From Chiloscyllium plagiosum (lineage: Eukaryota): a DNA stretch of 64,000 bases. The DNA is taken from the NCBI RefSeq assembly GCF_004010195.1, contig NC_057717.1, forward strand, positions 106,706,566 through 106,770,565. Reading direction: 5' to 3'. Below, piece after piece: positions 1 to 9,678 of this stretch (positions within the stretch are counted from its first letter, which is position 1; every line of letters begins with the position of its first letter). The translations under genes and the position numbers were made by a program. The notes under the pieces were generated by a model that saw only the letters and a program-made list of their open reading frames with translations, had not been told where the DNA came from and searched no databases.

Positions 1-244
1 GTCTGACCTATCACCCTCACCTTGACCTCTTTCCACCTATCACATTTCCGATGCCCCTCCCCCAAGTCCCTCCTCCCTATCTTTTATCTTAGCCTGCTGG
101 ACCAACTTTCCTCATTCCTGAAGAAGGGCTAATGCCCGAAACGTCGATTCTCCTGTTCCCTAGATGCTGCCTGACCTGCTGCGGTTTTCCAGCAACACAT
201 TTCCATCTCTGATCTCCAGCATTTGCAGACCTCACTTTCTCCTC
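1..244 (+). mobile_element. Penelope-like element 3' terminus (pLTR/tail), family A
   Basis: Same sequence as the reverse-complemented 3' region (709-930) of the GIY-YIG/RT element below; carries the CTGAAGA..GAAACGTC motif and ends CTCACTTTCTCCTC. Confidence 0.8.
114..149 (+). ncRNA. Minimal type I hammerhead ribozyme motif
   Basis: CTGAAGA(118-124)-A-GGGC-TAAT-GCCC-GAAA(138-141)-C-GTC(143-145). Core and stem II are intact; stem I is short and imperfect. Confidence 0.7.
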
Positions 245-344
245 ACTAAATTTCTTTAGTCATCCAGCAATCCCTATACCTACCAGCCTTTTCTTTCACC
301 CTGACAGGAATATACTTTCTCTGGATTCTCACAACTGTACAAGT

Positions 345-708
345 CCTGCCCTGATTTACCTTACCAAAATGTAACACCTCACATATATCTAAATTAAACT
401 CCATCTGCCACTCCTTGGCCCTCTAGCCCATCTGATCAAGATCCCGTTGTACGCTTGAGAACATTTCTTGACAGTACACTACGCCTTCAATTTTGGTGTC
501 ATCTGCAAACTTACCATACTTCTATGTTCATAACCAAATAATGTATATAAATAATGAAAAGCAGTGGATCTCGCACTGATCACTGTGGTACACTGCTGGT
601 CAAAGGCCTCCAGTCTGAAAATCAACTCTCTACCATCAGTCTCTCTCTATCTTTAAGCCAAATTTGTACCGTTTGCTAGTTCTCTCTGGATTGCATATGA
701 TCTAATCT
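345..708 (-). mobile_element. CR1-type LINE RT fragment (left part, interrupted by Penelope)
   Basis: Reverse complement contains AAGTTTGCAGATGACACCAAAATTG (KFADDTKI) and TGGCAGATGGAGTTTAAT (WQMEFN); continues at 2382-2630. Confidence 0.85.
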
Positions 709-2381
709 GAAAAATGTGTTGCTGGAAAAGCGCAGCAGGTCAGGCAGCATCCAAGGAGCAGGAGAATCGAAGTTTAGGGCATAAGCCCTTCTTCAGGAAT
801 GAGGAAGGTGTGCAAAGCAGGCTAAGATAAAAGGTAGGGAGGAGGGACTTGGGGAAGGGGCATTGGGAATGCGATAGGTGGAAGGAGGTCAAGGTGAGGG
901 TGATAGGCCGGAGAAGGGGTGGGGGCGGAGAGGTCAGGAAGAAGATTGCAGGTCAAGAAGGCAGTGCTGAGTCTGAGGGTTGGGACTGAGATAAGGTGGA
1001 GGGGAAGGGAAATGAGGAAGCTAGAGAAATCTGCATTCATCCCTTGTGGTTGGAGGGTTCCTAGGCGGAAGATGAGGCGCTCTTCCTCCAGGCGTCGTGT
1101 TGCCATGGTCTGGCGATGGAGGAGGCCAAGGACCTGCATGTTCTTGGTAGAGTGGGAGGGGGAGTTAAAGTGTTCCGCTACGGGGCGGTTGGGTTGGTTG
1201 GTGCCGGTGTCCCAGAGGTGTTCTTTGAAACATTCTGCAAGTAGGCAGCCTGTCTCCCCAATGTAGAGGAGGCCACTTCGGGTGCAGCGGATGCAGTAAA
1301 TGATGTGGTGGAGGTGCAGGTGAATTTGTGACGGATATGGAAGGAACCCTTGGGGCCTTGGAGGGAAGTGAGGGGGGAGGTGTGAGCGCATGTTTTGCAT
1401 TTCTTGCGGTTGCAGGGGAAGGTGCCGGNNNNNNNNNNNNNNNNNNNNNNNNNNNNNNNNNNNNNNNNNNNNNNNNNNNNNNNNNNNNNNNNNNNNNNNN
1501 NNNNNNNNNNNNNNNNNNNNNNNNNNNNNNNNNNNNNNNNNNNNNNNNNNNNNNNNNNNNNNNNNNNNNNNNNNNNNNNNNNNNNNNNNNNNNNNNNNNN
1601 NNNNNNNNNNNNNNNNNNNNNNNNNNNNNNNNNNNNNNNNNNNNNNNNNNNNNNNNNNNNNNNNNNNNNNNNNNNNNNNNNNNNNNNNNNNNNNNNNNNN
1701 NNNNNNNNNNNNNNNNNNNNNNNNNNNNNNNNNNNNNNNNNNNNNNNNNNNNNNNNNNNNNNNNNNNNNNNNNNNNNNNNNNNNNNNNNNNNNNNNNNNN
1801 NNNNNNNNNNNNNNNNNNNNNNNNNNNNNNNNNNNNNNNNNNNNNNNNNNNNNNNNNNNNNNNNNNNNNNNNNNNNNNNNNNNNNNNNNNNNNNNNNNNN
1901 NNNNNNNNNNNNNNNNNNNNNNNNNNNNNNNNNNNNNNNNNNNNNNNNNNNNNNNNNNNNNNNNNNNNNNNNNNNNNNNNNNNNNNNNNNNNNNNNNNNN
2001 NNNNNNNNNNNNNNNNNNNNNNNNNNNNNNNNNNNNNNNNNNNNNNNNNNNNNNNNNNNNNNNNNNNNNNNNNNNNNNNNNNNNNNNNNNNNNNNNNNNN
2101 NNNNNNNNNNNNNNNNNNNNNNNNNNNNNNNNNNNNNNNNNNNNNNNNNNTGGAGGTGTATAGGGACTGGATGTCCATGGTGAAGATAAGGCGTTGGGGG
2201 CCGGGGAAGTGAAAATCATGGAGGAGGTGGAGGGCGTGGGTGGTATCCCGAACGTAGGTGGGGAGTTCTTGGACTAAGGGGGACAGGAGCATGTCGAGGT
2301 ATGCAGAGATGAGTTCAGTGGGGCAGGAGCAGGCTGAAACAATGGGTCAGCCGGGGCAGTCAGGTTTGTGGATTTTGGGCA
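709..2381 (-). mobile_element. Penelope-like retroelement (RT + GIY-YIG endonuclease), partly in N-gap
   Basis: ORF pieces LPTYVRDTTHAL..IFTMDIQSLYTS (PLE RT) and IIYCIRCTRSGLLYIGETG..VAEHFN..EERLIFRLGTLQPQGMN (GIY-YIG). 10-bp TSD GATCTAATCT at 699-708 and 2382-2391. Confidence 0.9.
1429..2150. other. Assembly gap (N run)
   Basis: 722 N. Confidence 1.
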
Positions 2382-2630
2382 GATCTAATCTTACTAACCA
2401 GTGTACCATGTAGAACCTTGTCAAATGCCTTAATGAAGTCCATATAGACAATATCTATTATCCTGCCTTCAACTATCTTCTTTGTCACTTTTTCAAAAAA
2501 CTCAATCAAGTTAGTGAGTCCCAATTTCCATGCACAAAGCCATGCTGGCTATCCCTAATCAGTCCTTGCCTTTCCAAAAGCATGTAAAACCAGTTCCTCA
2601 GAATCCCCTCCAATAACATATCTACCACTG
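2382..2630 (-). mobile_element. CR1 LINE fragment (right part)
   Basis: Reverse complement encodes QHGFV..LTNLIEFF..YMDFIKAFDKV-like motifs. Confidence 0.85.
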
Positions 2631-2773
2631 ACTTCTTATCCCTGCTTTCAGAACTTAAATCTATCCAACTTGAGTCACTAATTCAGACCTCACTCAGCAT
2701 TTGCATTGTTGTTCACTCCATATTGTCACATCCTGCAAGTTGTTACATCATTTCACTCTTTTCTAAGTATTTA

Positions 2774-3225
2774 GAATCATAGAGGCATAGAGATGTACAG
2801 CATGGAAACAGACTCTTTGGTCCAACTCGTCCATATTGACCAGATATCCTAAATAAATCTAGTCTCATTGGCCAGCATTTGACCCATATTCCTCTAAACC
2901 CTTCCTATTCATATACCCATCCAGATGCCTTTTAAATGCCTGTTGTAATTGTACCAGCCGCCAGCACTTCCTCTGGCATCTCATTCCGCATATGCACCAC
3001 CCTCTGCATGAAAAGGTTGCCCTTTAGGTCCCTTTTCAATCTTTCCCCTCTCACCTTAAACATGTGACCTCAAGTCACCTCAAGCTTTGGACTCCCCTAG
3101 CCTGGGGAAAAGACTTTGTCTATTTACCCTATCCATGCCCCTCATATAGAGACTTTATAAATCTTTATAAGGTCACCCCTCAGCCTCTGACACTTCAGGG
3201 AAAATAGCACCAGCTTATTCAGTTT
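2774..3225 (-). mobile_element. CR1/HER1-like LINE 3' end
   Basis: Matches the 3' end of the + strand CR1 copy at 27540-27928, including the CTCTATGA-type tail. Confidence 0.85.
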
Positions 3226-4527
3226 TCCTAGAAACAGTGTCTATATTATTATATTCATATAGTCAATACACTTTATCATTGTGAATAATTCAATAAGGTC
3301 ACCCCTGCGTTTTTTCTTCTCCTGCACAAAGATTTTCAGTTTTAACAGCTCCTTCTCATGTATCAAGCGCCGAATCCCAGCAGTCCAACTCTCTTTCCAC
3401 TTGTAAACACCCTTTGCTTCCTCTTGTTCAGCAGGTGTTGGTCCAAATCAGATGTATTCCACTTAAGTTATGACTTCAAATCTTGAAGTCCAATCTCCAG
3501 GGTTCATTTATCAAAAGCTTTGCTAAAATCTAACCAATCAAACTCACCAAGTTTCCCGTCCTTTTGGGGTTCTGCAACATGCGGTTGTGAATGGCAGTGT
3601 TCAGTTAAACATGCAGCACACTGAGCAGGGTCCATAAGTGCCCACGCTCAATAATGGAAGAGCACATGCTATTTGTGCATAAGACAAGGCTGAAACATTT
3701 GTAACCATCTTTGGCCAGAAGTGTCCAATGGATGATCCATCTCAGTGACTTCCCAGATTCCCAAGCATCACAGCTGTCAGTGTTGTACTGAAGATCTGTG
3801 CTCCAGAATTAGCCACTTCACTAGCCAAGCTATTCTTGGGCAGCTACAACACTGCCATGTACCTTATAATGTAGAATATTGTCAAGTTATGTCCTGTCAG
3901 CCAGAAAGCAGAAGTCATTAGTTTTTAAAGAAATTGCAAGAGGGTTGTCAGCCCACTTCCTATCTAATAAAGCATTTGACTGTGATAAAATCCAGTCTAC
4001 TTCACATCAACTCACACCATTTGAAGAAGGATAGATTTTCAATGATATAATCTGCTCAAGAGTACCAGACATTCCAAAGCACCTTACAGCCAATTAAATA
4101 CTTTTACAGTCCAGTCTTTGCAGTATGTGCAAACATCACTGAGGCAATATTCAAAACTACATGCAGGGCTGAGGGGCTGTCAATTAGTCACTCCTGGTTC
4201 TGACTGGGTGATAGGATGAAATTGCTCAGTAGTAGCTGAAGGTCCCAAAAACAGGTGTATCAGCCCTGTCAGTACATTGGTGTTCATTTATGATGATAAA
4301 GCAGCAGAGTGGGAAATCCCAGCATGGCTTTTAAGCATAAACATTCACCATCAGAGTGGAAATGTTGAAAAACTCCAGTGAGATCATCTGTCTGTCCTCC
4401 AACTTAAGATAAATGTTCACTGACATTACTTTGGTTGTTTTGTTTTCTTCCCCTACACCACCATACTCCTCCTCAAATGTCACTAGGAGGAAGAGGGTGA
4501 GACCCAGGCCTTGTTCACTGGCATACA

Positions 4528-4728
4528 ATAAAACAAAAAACTGGAAATCTGAAGCTAAAACAAAAATTGCTGGAGAAACTCAGCAGGTCTGGCAGTATCT
4601 GTAGAGAGAGAAACAGAGTTAATGTTTAGAGTCCACTGACCCTTCTGACTCGAAATGTTAACTCCGGTTTTATCTCCACTGATGCTGCCAGACCTGTTGA
4701 GTTTCTCCAGCAATTTCTGTTCTTGTTC
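4528..4728. repeat. Inverted-repeat (hairpin) element built from two Penelope-like termini, family D
   Basis: AATTGCTGGAGAAACTCAGCAGGTCTGGCAGTATC pairs with GATGCTGCCAGACCTGTTGAGTTTCTCCAGCAATT; centre contains GACTCGAAATGTTAAC. Confidence 0.75.
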
Positions 4729-5299
4729 TCTGGCACTCTGCTGCAGGTACTAACCAACTCTCAGATGACCTGTCAGCACATTGTGCAGACTGAGTCTATG
4801 GCACAAATGTGTGTTATACAGCACACAGGAGAGGTTTAACCTCACTGCCATCACATTGGTCAAATGGGTAACTTCAAACCAGCTGAAATTATTCATTGCG
4901 TGGAGGGGACAGCACCTTAGAGAAATCATATCTTAAAAGTTATTTGCATTGAATGAACAGCACAGAAACCAACCGTGCTGATGTTTATTTTCCACAGGGA
5001 TCTCCTCCAAATTCATAAATCACACGTACTGATCTTTCTCCCCCATGAGTTTATTTTGCAACTACTTAGATGTGTTTGTGCTCTTCATCCTGACCACTCT
5101 GTTGCATAGTGAGTTCCACATTCTCAACATTCTCTGGGTAAAGAATTGTTGCCTGAATTCCTTTTGGATTTCTGAGTAACCGGTTTATATTTATGACACA
5201 TGCTCTGGCCTTACCCAGAAGTAGAAGAATTTACGTCATGCCACAGCCTTCTCTTTAATAAGGCAATGTAAAGACTGCTTACAAAGACACACAGGGAAT

Positions 5300-5630
5300 C
5301 AAAGATACAATGTTGAGAGAGACTTAAAATTACAGTCACAGACACAGGGAGGGAGAGAGTCACTGATACAGAGGGGGAGAGAATCATGGATACAAGAGCA
5401 GAGTCTGGGATACAGGAAGGAAGAGAATCATGGACACTGTTGAGGGGGAAAGAAAGAAAAGGATGAAGGAAGGAGAGAATCACAGACACCGCGGAGGGAA
5501 AATGGAATGGATAAGAGATAGAGACATGGGGAGGAGAGAGTCACAGATACAGGGATAGTGAGTCATGGACAATGGGAGGGAGAAAATCAGGGACACAGAA
5601 TGGAGGGAGACTTGCAAGTTGGGAGAGACA
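5300..5630. repeat. Degenerate GA-rich tandem repeat
   Basis: Recurrent GGAGAGA(A/G)TCA(C/T)(A/G)GA(C/T)AC units. Confidence 0.6.
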
Positions 5631-6494
5631 GTTATTGCAATTACATTAAGATTTCAGGAACCCATAGTCACAAGAAATGAAGTTCACAATAGGTATTGAA
5701 TTGCTTGCTATGAAATTGTGCAGCCACCCTGGTAAATCCCTGTTTTTAGAAACACTTTTTTCTCCTTGCAGCCACAGCTTTTAAACATGCAAAAATAAAA
5801 AGGCACAGTTCTTAAATTATTAAATGGCTGGGTTGGTTCGAATATCTGAATAGTCTACCTCAGCTCCTAGTCATATGTGCTTATGATACAAAGGAACATA
5901 CAAGTATTTTAAGGATAAGAACTTTGTGGATTTATTACAAGTTTTAAAAAGTCATTGGAGAAAATGATATGTTTCAAGTAAAACAGTAATTATTACCTTC
6001 TGGTTTCTAACAAAAGGTACTAAAAGGAATAAATGGGCAATTTATGTTACAATCCATTTGGGAAAGTGTGCTGGTACTCAAACCCTATTACTCCCTGGAA
6101 ACAACAGAAAAGTTAAAGATTTAATCAAATTATTCATAGTCCCTGATTTTCCTATCTGATTCAGTCAGTTTTACGGAAAACACCGACCAGGTTTCTATAT
6201 TCATTATCGCAAAGTACTAATTATTACAAAGAAATCAACTCTAAACACAGGCAAACAGAACTTTGAATTATCAACGGATAACTCTGCTGGCTGAAACTCT
6301 AACCCCCACACACATATACAGACAGCAAACTGCTATATTATCAGCGGAGAAAAAAATACTGGGGAAAACATGATGCACTAGCACCAGGCCATTGGATTCA
6401 ATGAAGTTTCCCTTTTGCTTCTTAGAACACCTTCTGATCTCCAATTTCCTCATTTCCAGATCCTTTCAGTTCTTTGCTTATTAATGAACTGAAA

Positions 6495-6735
6495 ACCCAT
6501 TCTCAAACTTGAAAGACTTAACAGCAATCTAGGTTTGTTCAATATATCATCTCAGTTGCATGACACTGTAATCTTTTGCTATAAATTCTGTGTCTTGTGA
6601 TCTTGTCCCACAACTACCTGATGAAGGAGCAGTGCGAAAGTTAGTGCTTCCAAATAAACCTGGTGGACTATAACCTGGTGTTACGTGATTTTTAACTTTG
6701 TCCACACCAGTCCAACACTGGCTCCTCCACATCAT
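6495..6735 (+). mobile_element. Penelope-like terminal fragment, family B, with decayed hammerhead motif
   Basis: CTAC-CTGATGA-A-GGAGCAGTGC-GAAA-GTTA-GTG at 6614-6646; the tail GGACTATAACCTGGT.. recurs at 50690-50757. Confidence 0.6.
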
Positions 6736-6782
6736 TTAATCAAGAAGGCTAATGGGATTTAGTATAAGAGGGATTGAATAGA

Positions 6783-6915
6783 CAGAAAAGAGAAATTGCT
6801 GGAGAAACTGAGCAGGTCTGGCAGCATTTGTGGATATAGGTCCAGTGACCCTTTTCAGAGCTCTTGAGTTTCTCTGGCAATTTCTGTTTTTGTTTCTGAT
6901 TTCTAGCATGCACAG
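6783..6915. repeat. Collapsed inverted-repeat element, family D
   Basis: GAAATTGCTGGAGAAACTGAG...TTGAGTTTCTCTGGCAATTTC arms. Confidence 0.65.
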
Positions 6916-6929
6916 TTTTTTTTTGTATT

Positions 6930-7200
6930 GCTAATCTGATTTTCCCGTTGATATGTAGATTAAAGTTATCCATAATTATTGCTGTCCCTTTATCAGAGGT
7001 AGCCAATATTTCTTCTTGTATACTGTGTCCCATACTGCGGTTACTGTTAGGGGGCATATAAGCTACTCCCATGAGTAACTTCTTTCCTCAACTATTTCTT
7101 ATCTCCATTCTAACCGAATCTATATCTTGATCTCCTAACTAAAATAATCTTTATGGCATTAGTGCTATTATTAATTGACAGTGTTACCCCTTCATCTTTA
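6930..7200 (-). mobile_element. CR1 LINE AP-endonuclease fragment
   Basis: Translation MGVAYMPPNSN..AIIMDNFNLHIN resembles the GVxYRPP..IMGDFN endonuclease motifs. Confidence 0.7.
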
Positions 7201-7224
7201 CTGAGTGCTACATGCATCCAGATA

Positions 7225-8080
7225 CCGAGAGCTGTATTTTTGTCATATTTTGGAAAATTGTCATTTTTATGGAGTTTCATAGAGATTTCTCTCCATAAGG
7301 TCTAGTGAGTTTTCTTGTGCTGTCACTGCAGGCCTACCTTATTGACTGCCTAGTTCATCTCTACGGTACCCCTCTCATTTGATACTGGCAGAATTCTACC
7401 ACTCACTATACATGGAGATGCTCACCACTGCTGGGAATCAGCAGTACCGCTGGTGGCAGTGTCATTATTAAAAGGCTGTTGTGCCCAGAGCTGCCCTGTG
7501 CAGTTTGTGGCATTTGCTCCAAACCTAGCAGGTGGGAGGAAATAGGCACCTGCTTTGCAGGCAGGGACCTGGAGGTCCTGGTTGGATGGCATGGTGTGGA
7601 GGCTCAGCCTCTTCTCAGGATGGGCCATGGCATTGGGCCTTGCCGGTTTGATCTAGGATTACCAGTAGGGTCAGTACCATCTGGAGAAATGCCTGCCCTA
7701 TAGGAGGAAGGTCAATGTAACCTGGTCCTTTCCGTGAGATGGGTCCCTGCATATAAAGTGCCCTTGCACTAATTGCCATTGCACTACAAAGTGTAACATT
7801 AAAAGTGCAGAACCATAAGTGGTTTGGAGCTTGCCATGATGAATCAGAAGCTGGCATATGTTGGACGTCAGCAACTGTGGACAAAGGGTGCTTGCATCTG
7901 CTTACTATGAAGCATGCTTGAGATGTTGGTGCCTGGCATTCAAGGTGAAGGCCAGGAGGAGCAATGGGTAGGCTGGAGTTGCCACGTACCTTTTCTGACT
8001 TTCATATCAAGTGTTTTGTTTTTACGTAGTGGACGGATAGAGTTGGAGACTGAATATTAATGAAGTGAATTTAATTAATA
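7225..8080 (+). mobile_element. Possible Harbinger-derived relic (Myb/SANT-like fragment)
   Basis: TCFAGRDLEVLV near 7547-7585 resembles the FS..LE.L start of Harbinger Myb/SANT-like proteins; heavily decayed. Confidence 0.35.
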
Positions 8081-8114
8081 ATTAGATTAGATTAGATTAG
8101 ATTAGATTAGATTA
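8081..8114. repeat. (ATTAG)n microsatellite
   Basis: Six perfect ATTAG units plus a partial unit. Confidence 0.95.
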
Positions 8115-8164
8115 TGTGCGAATAAATGATAAACCCTGTTAATAACAAGGTCTAGTGAGGGGTC

Positions 8165-8462
8165 TCAGCAGGAGGAATGTGGGGATTATTAGTAGGAGGA
8201 GTGCGGGGAGTATCAGGGGAGGAGTGCGGGGAGTTTAGGTGGGAGAGGCACAGGGAGTATTGAGGGAGGGTTTGCAGAAGTATCGGGTAATGGGATTGTG
8301 GGGAGTATCGGGTGAGGGGGTAATGGGGAGTATCGGGGCAGGGATAGCAGGGAGGATTGGGAAGGGGGGTATGGGGAATATTGAAGGGAGTGCAGGGGGT
8401 ATTGGGAGGAGGAGGGCAGGGAGTGTCTGCAGGAGAAATCAGGAGTATTAGCAGGAATGGGT
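8165..8462. repeat. G-rich degenerate tandem repeat
   Basis: Recurrent GGGGAGTAT(C/T)..GGGAGG units with many G-runs. Confidence 0.75.
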
Positions 8463-9534
8463 TGTATCACACTACCATCCACGTTTTGAATTGAAGATAT
8501 AAAATTTGAATTACTCAACAGATGAATTGATAAACTTTTTGTGATTGGAAGAGGCTACATATTAATCTGTACTCCTCCACACATACCCCCACCCCACTTT
8601 ATCCTACCCCATCAAATGTTTAAAAGTAAAATCCTCTTTCTAATACTCTGACCCCCTAATCCCTTTCTGATATTAGGACAGCATGTTTGCCTTCAGTTAC
8701 TGGCACCAGGCCATGAATGAGAAGTTTTACCAGAGTGAGGATTATTGGACTGGACAAATCCCAGGGATGGGAATTAAGGCGGAATATAGATGGAGGCCTC
8801 CATTTGAAAGTTTTCAAATCTGCAGAGTTGGTTCTCTATGCAGTCTTGGTATATGATGTAGAGCATTGTATATTATTCAGCCTGGTGACTGTGATTCTCA
8901 GACTGAACCCTTGCAATGGTCATAACTCAGTATCTATGCTGCTGTTATCTTACTTCTGCCCCAGTGCAGTTTCAATCCAACCATGTCCCCACTGCACATC
9001 AATCCTGCTCATGCCTGGATGCAGCTAAAATCTCACTCCTGCTGCTTTGTGGTACCAATCTTCCTCATGTCCCAGTGCAACCCCATTCCTGTTTACATCC
9101 CACTGCAGCACCAAACTAGGTCATGCCAATATGCACCACTTCTCCTCCTGCCCTGTGCAGCCCCAGTGCACATGCCTGATGGAGTTGGTGCAACTTTATT
9201 ATCTCAGAAACTCTGCTTGTTGGGTTAGTTTGGGAGTCAGGTTGACCGAGATCTGAGATGAGGTCACCTTGTGACTAAGGAGATTTAGATTTGTCTCTAT
9301 CACTGTAACTCCCTGCTAGTTATTGAGTTAATAATATGTCCAGCAGGATGTGTTCTTTCGATGAGTTGAACCAATAATTCTGTGCTGCAAACAGATCATT
9401 TAGCAAGTCCTGTTGAGGATGATTTGGTTTCCAGGGGCAGTAAAGAAAACTGTCAACATTTTCTTGGCCTCCCCCCTTCCCCACATATGACCTTTTATTG
9501 TGATGTTTGTTTCTCATAACAGTGACTAACTACC

Positions 9535-9560
9535 TCATTTTCCTTTGTTGATTCCTATAG
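9535..9560 (+). promoter_or_regulatory. S1PR2: Splice acceptor of the S1PR2 coding exon
   Basis: Branch-like GACTAAC near 9524, pyrimidine tract CTCATTTTCCTTTGTTGATTCCTATAG, AG at 9559-9560. Confidence 0.75.
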
Positions 9561-9563
9561 GTG

Positions 9564-9620
9564 ATGACAGTAGCCCTTCTTGAATCTTGTCGAACCTGTG
9601 GGCCTCCAACGTGGTGTTAA
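9564..9620 (+). other. uORF1 in S1PR2 leader (18 aa, MTVALLESCRTCGPPTWC)
   Basis: ATG 9564 to TAA 9618-9620, inside the predicted exon. Confidence 0.55.
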
Positions 9621-9628
9621 GAGACATT

Positions 9629-9676
9629 ATGCCTTTGAAGGAATCGACTGCCGACTGCAACCAGCGAATTCTGTAG
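9629..9676 (+). other. uORF2 in S1PR2 leader (15 aa, MPLKESTADCNQRIL)
   Basis: ATG 9629 to TAG 9674-9676; the stop lies 2 nt before the main ATG. Confidence 0.55.
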
Positions 9677-9678
9677 AA

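Noticed and set aside
765..800. Active hammerhead in the 709-2381 Penelope
   Set aside because: Core is mutated (GAAA to TAAA, CGTC to CTTC); the copies at 46640-46672 and 63556-63587 are also decayed.
822..2292. Long ORFs of 257-465 aa across the first gap
   Set aside because: Length is an artefact of N runs; the real residues are Penelope fragments.
3300..9500. Non-coding first exon or promoter of S1PR2
   Set aside because: No CpG island or convincing exon-donor combination found; it may lie upstream of the window.
9580..9678. 33-aa N-terminal extension of S1PR2 in the ORF track
   Set aside because: Starts at TTG, not ATG; no family similarity; ATG 9679 has a good context.
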